A stretch of DNA of 64,000 bases from Octopus sinensis (GCF_006345805.1 NC_043000.1:93062001-93126000), one strand, 5' to 3'. Shown: positions 1 through 13,705, counted from the stretch's first letter. Notes: a model not told the origin generated them from the sequence alone. Made by a program: numbers and translations.

Positions 1-129
1 ATACACACACACACACACATATGTATGTATTTTTGTACATAGCCTGAACACTCTGTATGTATATATATTTATGTGAGGTGGGACTGAAAGCTCCTGACTT
101 TAAGAGTATTGCAAAAGGCTCGATAGGAG

Positions 130-1290
130 GCCCAAAATTTGAAATCATTATTATATAAAAATTCACAGTTTATTTTACTGGGTATGATGGAAAGTGTCAG
201 CTTCCCACAGCCATCAGACTATGGTGACACTTGTTCACTGGTCATGCTTCAAGAACCCTGCAAAGAATTCTTGTAATTCCAAGCAAAGCTGATCTTTCTA
301 TGCGTCCTACTTTCACACTTGCACCAGTCTTTTCCAGCGATGTTGGTACATGAGTGCTGATACTTCCAAGTGCACCAATTACCATTGGTATCATCTCTAC
401 TCTCCTCATTGACCACAACCTTTGTATTTCCCACTTTAAATCATCATTGTTTATTTTTTCTTCTGTTACATTGATGCTGTTGTCACTGGGACATGCTATG
501 TCGATGATCATACATGTTCTTTCTTTTTTATTCACCGCAACAATGTCCCATTTCCGATGTCTGGTCAGGTGATTGCACTGGGTCATTGCATCCCACAGGA
601 TTTTGCAATTCTCATTTTCAGTGACTCTTTCTGGAGTTTGCTCATACCATGTTTTTGCTCTTTGTAGGCCGTGCTTTCCACAGAGCTCCCAATGGATCAT
701 TCTTGCCACATTGTCATGGCATCTTTTGTATTTGAATTATGCTAATTTCAGGCATTCACTAATGATGTGCTATACCACTTCAACTCTCTCACCACACATT
801 CTGCATTTGTCGCTATCGGTAGTGTTGTCTATTCCACACTTCATATAATTGTTCCTTAATGCTTGTTCCTGAGCTGTGCATATGAGTGCTTCTGTCTCTA
901 TCTTCAGGTCACAACCTCCTCATCCATAGCCACCGGTCCTCTGTATCTGTCTTGGTGTTCACATCTCTTGCAAACTGACCGTACATTATCCTTTCATTCC
1001 ATGCTTTTTCTTTTTTTTTTGTTCATTTCTTATTTAAATTTTTCTTTACTCATGCAATTTTCAGTTTTGATGATGCCGGCCTTCTTCGTGTGTTTCAACA
1101 GCGACTCCACAGTATTTTTTATATACCACCCTAAGCCATTTTCCTCTGCTTCGATACAGTCCTGGTAACTGATAAAACCTCTCCCACTCCTTCTTTTGGA
1201 CAAGTACAGTCTATTATTTTTTCAAATTTTCTTCCATTTCTCACCAAGTATTTTCTGTACACCTAGGGCAGAGAAGCTCATTGTATGCAT
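130..1290 (-). mobile_element. Decayed R4/Dong-like non-LTR retrotransposon, 3' part (post-RT region, CCHC knuckle, restriction-like endonuclease)
   Basis: Minus strand reads LYLSKRRSGRGF, KIETEALICTAQEQALRNNY, KCRMCGE..HIISEC, R(C)HDNVAR, then ORF 242-709 ILWD..DIVAVNKKERTCMIIDIACP..IPMVIGALG. Several stops and frameshifts. Confidence 0.85.
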
Positions 1291-1384
1291 TCCTAGATTA
1301 CACACGCAAATTCACAGGTAAAATCTGTATTTAAAAAAATTAATAAACAAATAAATTCATGAATGGATGTTGTTTTCACAGCGA

Positions 1385-1696
1385 TAATGCTCTTCTCAGT
1401 ACATGAGTCAGCCCAGTTAACACAATTTTTTGCACTTCCTGTAGGGATGGTAAGCCTGGTATCATTTTCAAATAGGTTTCAGTACCTTTTTTTATTATTC
1501 CTAGAGATCCTACAATCATTAGTACTGTAGTGGCCTTGAGATGTCATATTTTTCAATTTCTATTAGCAAGTCTTTATATTTACTGATCTTGTCAAATTCT
1601 TTCGCTGCTATATTGTGATCGCAAGGAACACTCATGTCAATAAACACACCTTTTTTGTCTGATCTTTTATAATAATATCCGGTTTATTAGCTTTTA
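1385..1696 (-). mobile_element. Second R4/Dong-like LINE fragment, RLE C-terminus, 5'-truncated
   Basis: Minus strand ANKPDIIIKDQTKKVC/LIDMSVPCDHNIAAKEFDKISKYKDLLIEIEK..IVGSLGIIKKG..QKIVLTGLTHVLRRALS. Confidence 0.8.
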
Positions 1697-1767
1697 TTCA
1701 TTATTATTAAAAGCTAATAAAATTATTATAAAAGCTAATAAAATTATTATAAAAGCTAATAAACCGA

Positions 1768-1768
<1 letters not shown>

Positions 1769-1839
<71 letters not shown>

Positions 1840-1844
1840 CATCA

Positions 1845-1918
<74 letters not shown>

Positions 1919-1920
1919 TT
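1769..1920. repeat. (ATT)n microsatellite
   Basis: Direct reading. Confidence 0.95.
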
Positions 1921-2088
1921 AGCAGCATTTCATCTGTCTTTACATTCTGAGTACAAATTCCAGAAATTGACTTTGTGTTCCATCCTTTCTGAGTTGATAA
2001 ACTTAGTACCAATTATGCACTGGGATCGATGTAATCGGCTTAATACCTTTCTCCAAATTTGAGGCCCTGTGCTTCCAGCAGAAAGAAT
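1920..2088 (+). mobile_element. SINE family A (tRNA-derived, ATT-flanked), partial copy
   Basis: ttctgagtacaaattcc..ctttgtgttccatcctttc..agtaccaattatgcactgggatcgatgtaatc matches the intact copies at 20051 and 63755. Confidence 0.75.
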
Positions 2089-2100
2089 TATTATTATTAT

Positions 2101-2992
2101 TTACTTTTAATCTGCATGCTTGTTACAAATCACTTACCGAGACAAACCCAGCGTCCTAGGGTGAGTGAAGGATAAGAGATGTTACAGTATGCCTGAAAGT
2201 TTGGGGAGAGGAAGTGGCAAGGGCAGTAGCAAAATATTTTCATGTAATACAATGCAGACATTTAAATTGACAAAGTTTTTCTAAAGATGTGGGCAGTACT
2301 GGTCAGCACAACCATTTGGATTTCTCTTAGATATGGTTCTCTTAGGATATTATCCCGATATATCTCACATCCCTTTCTTATCATGCCTAAGGTACACACA
2401 ATAACAGGAACAGTTCTCGATTTAAGATGCCACATCTTTTGTATTTCAATTTCCATGTCCTTATATTTAATTTGTCAAATTCCTTTACAGATATATTTTT
2501 ATCAGTGGGTACACTTACATCTATTAGTCTACAAGTATTTTCTTCCCTGTCTTTAATAACTATGTCTGGTCGATTAGCCTGGATCATTCTGTTAGTGTTG
2601 ACTGGAAAATCCCAGAGGATAGTGACACATTTACCTTCAATGACTAGCTCAGGATGATGTTCATACCAGTAAGCAGGAATGCTGATTTTGTAGTGTTTAC
2701 ATATTTTCCTAAGTAAATACTGTCCTGCCCTATCATGGGGATTTTTGAATTCATTTGCTGTCAGCACGACATCTCAAGATGAGATGGTTTATTGTGTCAT
2801 TAAATTTATCGCAGAATCTGCATTTAGAGTCAGAGCTGTTTTGAAGAATATTAGCCTGGTAGATTTTCGTAACCAAGCTTTGATCTTGTGCCACTAATAG
2901 GAAACCTTCACTCTCTGCTTCCAGCCTTGAACTTCTCAGCCACTGATGGGTTGTTGCTTGGTCTACATCAGCATTTTGGATTCAAAGGATAA
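2101..2992 (-). mobile_element. Third R4/Dong-like LINE, 5'-truncated, with 3' UTR ending in (TAA)n
   Basis: HQWLRSS..EGFLLVAQDQSL..KCRFCDK..HLILRC; ORF 2387-2767 has HDRAG, ILWDF, NRPDIVI, IDVSVP; frameshifted ORF 2262-2456 gives the C-terminus. (ATT)n on the plus strand at both ends. Confidence 0.9.
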
Positions 2993-3005
2993 ATTATTAT
3001 TATTA

Positions 3006-4271
3006 TCAGGTCATTAAGAATGAAATGTCTGATTTTGAACTGAAAGTTTATTTTACTTTATCTCAACAAAAAGCATTGCAGTTAATCAAAGTATGCACCT
3101 AAATTATCAACATAATCTTGCCATTTTATGGGTAGCTTATTTATGCAAGCAGCAAAGAATTCTGGAGAGCAAGGGGTGATGAAATCACGAAAGGCTGTAA
3201 TTGCATCTTCTTCAGATTCAAAGTTTTTTCCTTGCAAAAAGTTGTCTAATGCCTGGAAAACATGATACTCAGTTGGTGCAACGTCTGGGGAATATGGTAG
3301 ATGACAGAGTACTTCCAGGTTCAGTTCCTGTAACTTGAGTAGCGTTCTTTGTGCAACATGTGGTGAAGCATTGTCTTGCAAGAGAATTGGCCTGTCTCTA
3401 TAAACCAATTTTGGTTGCTTAATTGCAAGTTCACTCATCATTTCATCCAGTTGGTTGATGTATATATCCACTATAATTGACTTACCAGGTCTCATGAAGC
3501 AGTAATGGATGACACCAGCATTGGACCACTAAATAGGCACCATTAGCTTATTTTGGTGAATATTCTTTTCTGGATTGTGCTTTGGTACTTTGTCTCTATC
3601 CAACCACCATGCAAAACGTTTGCTGTTGTTGAAAAGAACACATTTTTCAACACACATAACATGATGCAAAAAGAGTTCGCTTTTATGCCATGACAGCAAA
3701 GATCAGCAAGTTTCAAGATAACGTGCTCATTAAGTTTGTGTGATACCTACATGTCCAGCTTCTTTACCTTGCTAATTTGTTTCAGATGGTTCAATACTGT
3801 TGGAATTGAAACATCTAACCTTGCTATAACTCACACGTAGTTTGAGATGTATTCACTTACACTACAGTTTTCAGCTCATCATTATCCACCTTGGTCTCAG
3901 GTCTACCACGGGGATGATTTTCAAGAGTAAAGTCACCAGACCAGAACTTCTCAAAACATTGATATACAGTGCACTCATTCACCACATCTTCACCAATTAC
4001 CTCGTTGATGTTTCAAGCTGTCTGGGATGCATTGGTTCCACAACAGAACTCATATTCATAAACAACACAAATCTTTTATCTATCCATGGGTTCACAAAAA
4101 CTGATTTACAAGAGAAAACTCACAATACAATCAGACACCATAAAATGCATTTTGAAAAGTGATGTAAGCTCTTCAATGTTGTAAAACAAAGAATTGTCAG
4201 CATAAAACGTTAGAGTTGTCTGTCAAACTTGGTGCATAAGAAAATTGGACATTTCATCCTTAATGACCTGA
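3006..4271 (-). mobile_element. Full-length decayed mariner (DD34D-type) transposon, 1266 bp
   Basis: TIRs tcaggtcattaagaatgaaatgtc (3006) and gacatttcatccttaatgacctga (ends 4271), each flanked by TA. ORF 3082-3495 has LLQDNASPH and PYSPDVAPTEYHVF and ends GAYFD. Confidence 0.95.
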
Positions 4272-4284
4272 TATTATAATTATA

Positions 4285-4337
<53 letters not shown>

Positions 4338-4349
4338 CATTATTATTAT

Positions 4350-4543
4350 TAAGACTGCAAACTGTCAGAATCTTTAGTGTGCTGACCAAAATGCTTAGGA
4401 GCATTTTACCTGTCTTTACATTCAATTTCTGCTGTAGTCCTTCTGGGGTTGATAAAATAAGTACCGGTCACATACTAGGCTTGATGTAATTCACTTTCCC
4501 CTCCCCTTACAAATAATAGACCCTGTGCCAAAATTTGAAACCA
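4350..4543 (+). mobile_element. SINE family A, diverged copy between (ATT)n and (CAT/ATT)n
   Basis: aagactgcaaactgtcagaatc..gataaaataagtacc..aatttgaaacc. Confidence 0.7.
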
Positions 4544-4673
4544 TCATCATCATCATCATCATCATTATCATTATTATTATTATAATTATTCCTTCACCCT
4601 TGTGACAAATAAATGAAATCATCATCCTCATCATTATTATTGTTGTTGTTATTATTATTATTATTATTATTAA

Positions 4674-4755
<82 letters not shown>

Positions 4756-5369
4756 GTTTTAATTTCTATTCCATCAGCATCTACATCAGAACTGCATGAT
4801 ATCGATAAAAGAAATTCTAGCAATCCAGAGTCTACCGCGCACACACACACTCATACAAACATACACACACACACACACATACACATGCACATGCAAACAC
4901 ACACACACATACAAACACACACACACTCACACACACACACACATACACACACACACAGGGATTTGTTTTGAAAAGTAAGTGACATTGTTTTGATAAGCTG
5001 CCTGATCAAGAAAATTGGCAAAACTTAACTAAACCAGTTATTCCAGCAACTTTGGTTTTTTTCTTTTCTTTTCCATTTTGTTTTGCTTTCATTCTTCATT
5101 TTTTTGTTCATTTTTCTCTTTCTTTTGTTTTCATTATTTTCATTAATTCTTTTATTTATCATTTTTGTTTTTATTTTTATACTTTTTATTAGCTTGTGTA
5201 TTTTCATAACACATTTCTTAGTTTTTTTTATAAGTTCAAACACAGTGGTAGCCAGAGCCAGAGGTAGCTTAGGCTGCTGCAAAAAGAGCTAACTTACTAC
5301 ATGGAGACTGATTGTCAATGTTTATAATGTGGGTTAATGGCATGCGATAAAGAGAGTTGGTAGGTGCAT

Positions 5370-5760
5370 GGTTAATGAGTAACCGGGTGGCTGGGTTGAT
5401 GGATGCAGGTTGACATTGATGAATGGCAAGCTGGATGAATGAATGGAGAGATGGAGGGATGTGTCGGAGGATGGCTGGCTGGATACGTTGAGGAGTGATT
5501 GCGTGGATAGTTAGATGGATGGAGGGAGGGAAGGAAGGAGGGATGGAGGGCTAGATGAATGGCTGGATGGATGGATGGAAGGATGGATGGATGGATGGAT
5601 GGATGGATGGATGGATGGATGGATGGATGGAGAGATGACTGGATCTGTGGCTGGATAGTGGGGTGGATGGATTGGATAGATGGATGGATTTGTGAATGGC
5701 TGAATGAGTACATGTATTGATGGGTGGATGGATATATGGATGGCGGGATGGATAGAAAGA
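5370..5760. repeat. Imperfect (GGAT)n microsatellite
   Basis: Direct reading; explains the SIHP-repeat ORFs. Confidence 0.9.
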
Positions 5761-6439
5761 GGGCAAATCACTAAGTTGATGGATAACAGCTTATTGTATA
5801 TAAAGATAGATGAAAGATTGAAGGGTAGCTTGATTGACTTACGACAATTTCTGCATTAGAGAGTCATATATCATATTCTATCACTCAAAATGTTAAGATG
5901 CAAAAGCAAGAGAAATTTAGTTGCTATTTCTAGCTAGATGAGAGACCACATAGATGCTACCTCACTGGCTCAAAGAAGTAGCAGTTGTGAGATTGTCATT
6001 GATGTTTGTAGGCTTTTTTAATGGTCAGCACTGACAGAAAGAATTGTGTCCATAATCTGCATAGACTCTTCTAAAAGAGTGAGAGCAGCATGGTTACTGT
6101 TCCATAAGTTGAAACATTAACAGGGAAAAAGGAATCTTGGAGAAGGATTTCAAGGAAGCCAAGTCTGGAAGAGAATGATTGGATATTGAATTATGATGAT
6201 GATGAAGCATGCTGGTGGAATTGTTTGCACATTGGATAAAACACTTAGCAGTAGTTCTTCCAAATCATTATGTTCTGAGGTCCAAATCCTGCCAAGGTCA
6301 AATTTAATTTTCATCTTTCAGGGTCAATAATATAATTACCAGACAAGAGCTATGGGTGATGTAAGTGACTTGTACTGTCCCTTCAAAATTTCTTGGTAAG
6401 AGTGGAAGCAATACTGGTGATGAGAGTGAGAGACAAATG

Positions 6440-6800
6440 AATCAGGTAAGTCTGAAAAAAGGGTAACACAAGACCAGCTGGTTCCAAGGTGAGAGCCAGT
6501 CATAGTTGCCATAGGAAAGACAAAGTGAGGAAACAGCTTGTTTGTGAGTCAGAGATTTAAACATGTTGGCAAACCACTTTATACTAATTAGCTGAACAGC
6601 TCTTTATCATTAGAAGATATGTCTTAAGATGTCTGTGTGCAGCACCAGTACTGGACCAGATGAGGGAGCAGCAATCCATGTGAGTCTCAGCTAAGCTTTT
6701 GTTGTGAAGAAGGTTAGCAGGAGACTGAAGTAATTTCTAGCTCTGAAAGGGAAGACCAGCTTTTGTTATTCTGAGCAGGTGAGACTACTTGGAAAGATCC
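6440..6800 (-). mobile_element. Highly decayed CR1/Jockey-group LINE fragment (RT C-terminal region)
   Basis: Minus strand, across frames, ARNYFS-PANLL..THMDCCSLIWSSTGAAH, resembling the RPxMEYCSHIW region. Confidence 0.55.
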
Positions 6801-6819
6801 TCATTGATGGTGAGATCTG

Positions 6820-7215
6820 CCTTACTCTTTTACTTGTTTCAGTCATGTGGCTGTGGCCATGCTGGAGCACTACCTTTAGTCGAGCAAATCGACCGCAGGA
6901 CTTATTCTTTGTAAACCTAGTATTTATTCTATCAGTCTCTTTTGCCGAACCGCTAAGTTACGAGGATGTAAACACACCAGCATCAGTTGTCAAGCGATAC
7001 TGGGGGGACAAACACAGACACACAAAAATATACACACACTTACATACATACACATATATATGCATATATACCACAAGCTTCTTTCATTTTCTGGCTACCA
7101 AATCCACTCACAAGGCTTTGGTTGGCCCAAGACACTTGCCCAAGATGCCACACAGTGGGACTGAACCTGGAAACATGTGGCTCATAAGCAAGCTACTTAC
7201 CACACAGCTACTCCA
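6820..7215 (-). mobile_element. SINE family B (tRNA-derived), near full length
   Basis: Reverse complement of the copy at 47280: ccgaaccgctaagttacgaggatgtaaacac..aaatccactcacaaggctttgg..gggactgaacctggaaacatgtgg. Confidence 0.85.
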
Positions 7216-7419
7216 ATGCCTTCTGCAGAGTCTTTCAAGGTAATCACTATGATCATCGTAATTAAACATCTATTTTCCATGCTGCCATGGATTGGATGGC
7301 TAGACAAGAACTGGTGGTGGTAGTGGTGATGCCCATAGGCTCTCTATAGGTTTGGTGTGAGGGACCAAGGCTGCTGGTAACTGATATTAGGTTTATCCTT
7401 TACTTGTTTCCACCATGAG

Positions 7420-7690
7420 ACCGTGGTCATGCTGGGGCACTGCCTTGAAGAAGCTTTAATCAGATGAATCAACCCCAGTTCTTATTTTCCCTTTTTCCTT
7501 AAGCCTGGTATCTATTCTATAGGTCATTTTGCCGAACTACTATGATGGTCTTCTTTGGGTTTCCATTTGCCAAATTCACCCACAAAGCTTTGGTCAGCCA
7601 AGGATATAGAATAAGATGCATTCCCAAGATGCTATGCAGTGGGACTGAACCTGGAAACATATGTTTGGAAAGCAATCTTTTTACAACACA
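7420..7690 (-). mobile_element. SINE family B, internally deleted copy
   Basis: gtggtcatgctggggcactgcc..aaattcacccacaaagctttgg..gggactgaacctgg. Confidence 0.7.
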
Positions 7691-8550
7691 GCAATGTTTG
7701 CAGAAAGTTAGAGAAGAATCAATGTTGGTACCATTTGTCTAGAGTATTGTTGGAGAGCGGGAAACTGTATACAGGACAAAACTGTTCCTTTACCCTGACC
7801 TGCCCCACAATCTTTGACATTTCCTAGACGAGAAAGTAATTCCTTTTCTTCCACTTAAATTCCATTCTATTCAAACCTCACTTCACAGATTATAAAAAAG
7901 AAAAGAAACAGAAATACTAGTCGTACCGGTATAAATCATGATGGTGTTTGAGCTTATTGAGGTTAATGACAACACTTTCTAGTGCTGAACTAATTAGACG
8001 ATAAACAATAGACTGCCTGTCATATTTTCTTAGTCTACGGTGTGTTGTGGGGGACAATGGTGGTGGCGGTAGTGATTAAGAAATAAATATACACAAAATG
8101 CATTAAATAACATATGATCAAAGACTATTTAAGCTTTTTGTTTTTATGCTTTTTATGAGTTTTCCCATCAATTTTGTTATTTGACCAATGACTCCCACAA
8201 CTTGGTTTGCTGTGGGAGTACTAACTGTCTCACTTCTCACCTTTTGTTAATCACCTCTCCACCAAGGAATGCAATAAAGTTTTATCGAGCCAATGAAATA
8301 GTCTCCTCAATGTGGCAGTCTGAATTGCTGGAAATAGCTGCTAAATCTCTCTGAAACCAACACCCTGACATCTTAAACAAGGAAAGAATGCACTGGATAA
8401 TGTACTTTTATGCATCTTGTAAAAAAAAACAGTTGGGATATTTGTGGAACATTCTTTAGAGTTGAATGCCCTGAAGAACTAGGAAAGCCTTGAGTGGCCA
8501 AAGCTTTGTGAGTGGATTTGGTAGACAGGAACTGAAATAAGAATGTCATA

Positions 8551-8610
<60 letters not shown>

Positions 8611-9663
8611 TGTGTGTGTGTGCATGTGTATTGCTGGTGCTTTGCCTTGATATTGCATCATAGTTGTGAATGTCACCATAAGGTAGGCAGTATCTTTCAT
8701 TTCCAGTTTCCTTTGAAGTCATGCCTGGTCAAAAGAAAACATTACTTTACTTGGAAACAGGTGAGGGTTGATGAACAGAAGGGCATCTACCTCAACAAAT
8801 TCTGTCCAAGTCATTCAAGAATGGAAAAGTAAAATTGTTGATGATGATGATGAAAATGAAATGTGTATATATTGCACTCATGCTGATGCCATGGGAAAGC
8901 GCTCATGGGCCCGGTTTCCTGGTTTCAATGGCGTATGTGTTCTTCAGCTGGACAGGATGCCACTCCATCGCAGCATTATGTTATATTATATTGTAATATA
9001 AATAAATTGATAGATCGTCACTTGTATTTCTTTTTTTAATATATATATATATATTAATGATTTGTAGGGACAAGGTATTTTGTTAGGCAACCATAATATT
9101 ACTATAAAGTATATTAAATGTTTTATAAGTCAATACCATATTCTACTATGTTAGCAGTGTGCTTCCCATCACTTGTTAAGGTTATCTTTACGGATATTCT
9201 ATAGAAATTATAGCCAGCACTAATTTTTCTTATGTCTTGGATACAAAACATCGTAAAAAAATGAGGGCTGGCTATAATTTCTATATAGTATTTGTAAAGA
9301 TAGCCTTAACAATTGATATATATATATATGCATGTATGTATGTATGTATGTATGTATGTATGTATGTATGTATGTATGTATATGAAATATTCAAGTTCCA
9401 ACCAGATTTTATACGTATTCTCTTTGCTTTTCAAGTGCATGATGGACATCCATCACTCACGCTAAATTGACCAGACAGAGAATGACATGGAACCACAAGT
9501 GTAAAGTATAATGTAATCTTGAGCACACAATATTCCTACATGTCAGTAATGATTTTCCTAGGTCATGAGTGGACGGCCATCATGTATATAAATATATATA
9601 TCGTTTGTTGAAATACATAAATCTGGAGGAGAAGCACACTCTTAGATGTAGAGCAGTTAATAT

Positions 9664-9829
9664 TATAGTAGAGTAGGCAGGTTTATGGAGTTACCCTAAG
9701 TTTCTTGCTCATAAGGGCATTAGCTTTATGGCGCATCTTCAAGCCCCAAACAGGGGTCTGAAAGTATGCTGTAAGGCTAAACCCCTTATGAGCAAGAAAC
9801 ACAGGGTAACCCCCAAAACTGACTTACCC

Positions 9830-9836
<7 letters not shown>
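9664..9836. mobile_element. Small MITE with ~55-bp TIRs in TA context
   Basis: gttaccctaagtttcttgctcataaggg pairs with cccttatgagcaagaaacacagggtaac; termini tatagt..actata. Confidence 0.75.
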
Positions 9837-9867
<31 letters not shown>

Positions 9868-10122
9868 TAGCAAATGAAAGATGGAAGATGGAATATACGA
9901 GAATTTATTGATAATCACGACAATTGTTTCGACACATCTAGCATCAATCCCTCACGAGTGGGACACTCAGCAACTGGTTCTGTAGTATCCAGTGGTGCAG
10001 ATGTATCTCGTTGGATAATAAATACAACTCATTAAAATAACTGTTCCACAATGCAACTTCTCGTTTTGTATGTATGTATATATATATATGTATGTATGTA
10101 TATATATATATGTGTGTGTGTG

Positions 10123-10167
<45 letters not shown>

Positions 10168-11248
10168 GTATGTATGTATATATATGTATTTATATAGACA
10201 CATATATGTGTATAACACACACACACACACATATATATATATATGTATATGTGTATGTATATATTTCAGTTTTATTTGTAAAATACACTAGCTCAAGGTT
10301 TCACACAGTGGGACTGAACCTGAAATCTCATGGTTGCAAACCAAATTTATTAAATACATGCACAAAGTATATTTTATCGCATTATATTACATTATATTAT
10401 ATTGTATTATATTTGTATCTACATATGTATATATATATATATATCTTTTACATTTATTTAATAGAACTCACATTTCATGTAACATCTTCAGAGTAAAAAT
10501 CTTTGTCGATACTCCAGCTTCACAGCTGATATTATATTCATTTCCATATTTTAAAAATAACAATAAATAACAATAATTGGTGGAAGCAAATAACAACAAA
10601 AATTTTGCCAGAAGCCCTAAGTAGTTTAGACCGAGTCACCTCTTTGGTATAGAGAATGCTTTATGTTGTAACCAAATAATGGATTTCTTTCCTTGTTTCA
10701 TGCGCAGAAGTTTAATTAAAACAAAAATGATTTATTATGATTTTAATGAGAAATATAAAAAAAATAAAGAACATATATATATATTATATATATATATATA
10801 TATACATATAGATAGATAGATATTTATGTATATTTATATATATATATATACATATCTATGTATATAATTGTGTGTGTGTGTGTATGTATAGATGTTTGTG
10901 TGTATATGTATATATTTGTGTATGTATGTATATATATATATATATATATAGATCTAGATATAGATAGATAGATAGACACACACACACACACATATATATG
11001 TATGTATAAATGTATGTATCTACATGGATATATGCATATGTGTGTGTGTATTTGTGTGTAGGTATTTGCTTGCTTGTGAGCATTATAATGCTTAATATAC
11101 ATGCACATTCACTACATACACACATGCATATACATATAAAGAAATATATTTACAAATATATAAGTCTGCATGTGTATATATATATATATTTATGCATATA
11201 TATATGTGTGTGTTTGTATGTGTATATATGTATATATACATATATGTT

Positions 11249-11328
<80 letters not shown>

Positions 11329-13140
11329 GGGACAAACATATAGAGATATGAACACGAACACAAATGGATGATTCATAATGTTTCGATTTGACTAATAGCA
11401 AGTCTTAAGAACAATAAGTGGGTGCATGTTTTGTGTTTTATTTTTTTAGAAATTATTTTTGTTCTATTTCATTTCATTTTATCCCCCACTCGTCCCTCTT
11501 GTTTTCTTTTTGCTTTTGTTGTTGTTGTTGTCACATTTTATTTATTAAGACTTTAAAATTCATTTATTTCCATGATTTATTTTTATCTCAATTGAAATTT
11601 CAATCTAACAAATAGGATGATAATGTTGATAATAATATTGATGATGATGATGATGATGAGGAGGAGGAGGATGATGATGATGATGATGATAAAGTATAAA
11701 AGAAGGGACTCTTCTACTTCTCATAATTCAAGACTGCATAAGTAGGGAGAAATTTCCATGCATTATGGGATAGGGAAAATGTCCTTTGAAGGTGATAAAA
11801 TTATCGCAGTAAAAGATGGTATTGTCATACCCATTACATTCTGTTACCTTTAGAAGAGACTGGCTGAGCTTCGATAGAAAATTGGAAATTATTTTAATCT
11901 TTTTACGATTTTCTGTAACTGTTGATTACATAATGTTTACCAAAGGAGGAGAATCATCTTCTGAAGGAGAGAAAGCTTTATATCACAGGTTAAACTTTCT
12001 TCCTTCTTCAAGTGGCTCCAACTGAGATGCCTTTCACCATACTGCTCCAGGATTCATTTCCCCCACCCAGCACATAAACTTTAGGTGGTCCTCAATTTTT
12101 TATGCTGTGTGTCTCTGCTGAAAACTTCAATGTATTTGAAATGTATTTGACTTGTATTCTGGTGCAGAATCTTCCAAAATATAACATCTGTTAAGGCCTG
12201 GTTAAACAGTTCAGTACAAAATGTGAGAGTATGTCAATATGATCCATAGACAAGATGGGTAAAATACATGAATACTAACATACATAAATATATAAGTATA
12301 TATGAACATGTCTAGATATGCAACTATATGCCTGAGAATGCCTACATAAAACAAAACATACGATTCTGCATATATACATACGTACATGCAAAAATACCCT
12401 GTTGATATTGAAATTCCAATGAAGGAACCTTTGATCTAGGTTAGAAACTGGCTCTTTTTCTATTGGTAAGAAACCTTGAAATAAAACTCAATCATGACAA
12501 ACATACATACATACATACATACATACATACATACATACATACATAAATACATACATACATACAAACAAACAATATATAACATCTGTTATGGTCTAGTGTT
12601 CAACGTAATAGCAGTGGGCAACAGAGCCCACCCTATATTGAGCAACAGGAGCAGAGAACAGTGAAATATATCCCTAAATCTAGTATTTTATACTGTACAC
12701 AAACCATGAAATATTTTGAGCCATCAGTACCATCAAGGTGTTTCTGAAGTATCTTCTTTATTGTCCAAATATTAGCTCCATTGTGGAATTTCTCTATACA
12801 TGTCCTGAAGAAAGCCAGCCTTAACAGCTTTAAAATATTTGATTTCCAGATATTTTGAAATTTGTTACAGGTACTCTAGGCTTTAAAGATTGTTCCTATT
12901 ATTGCAAGTCTCAGAAAACCAAGGCTCAACTGCCTACTAAAGCAGTCCCCTTGCTTATAGACCAACCTAATGCTCTTAGATTCAAATGCAAAACTTGGTA
13001 CAAAACTGTGGCACAAGAACTGAGCCACATACTATAAAGTATGTTGCTGAGAGAGAGGGAGACAACAGATCTGCTTAGAGGCTGTAAGTTTATCATCCTT
13101 GATCAGTTACTGCTATGTCTTCAGCAACAAAACCCTTATA

Positions 13141-13705
13141 TTGGGTTGTCCAGAAAGTTCATGCCAATTTATAGTTGCTTACCTTTCAACTTACTTTAGA
13201 ACATGGTTGAGTCCATAAAATAGGATTTGACTACACCTCCATTTAGAGCACAGTTTAAGCTATCTTTTCATGGAAGAAGGTTTATGTTCCTATAACCTGT
13301 CTTAATTCTGTAACCCTTTAAAATGGAAGATAAGAAAGTTCATTTTCAGCACTTGATGCTTTGGGAACCAGACAAAATTTGTTGCAGCTCGACTGGGATG
13401 TGTTACCCCACCCTCCATATTGACCAGATATTGCTCCTTTGGATTTCCACTTATTCAGGTCTCTGCAGAATAGTCTTAATTGTAAAAATTTCAATTCCTT
13501 GGATGACGTAAAAAGATAACTTGATGAATTCTTTGCCATGAATCCACCTCAATTCTGGGAAGAGGGTATTTAAAGTTAAAGGAAAGATGGAGACACATTG
13601 TGCAACAAAATGGTTCATATTTGGTTGATTAAAAATGTAATGGCATGCATTTATTGACCTTTTTCTTTCCTTTAAAAATTGGCATGAACTTTCCAGACAA
13701 CCCAA
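13141..13705 (+). mobile_element. Internally deleted mariner (MITE-like) retaining the transposase C-terminus
   Basis: TIRs ttgggttgtccagaaagttcatgccaatt / aattggcatgaactttccagacaacccaa with TA on both sides; internal WDVLPHPPY*PDIAPLDFHLFRSLQN..WRHIVQQNGSYLVD. Confidence 0.9.

Noticed and set aside
6440-6452. Perfect CAG|GTAAGT donor
   Set aside because: It lies antisense at the edge of a decayed LINE fragment, with no matching exon.
8707-8760. 54-nt segment with strong acceptor and CAG|GTGAGG donor
   Set aside because: Its 3' half (tacttggaaacaggtgagggttg) is a repeat also present in reverse near 33500.
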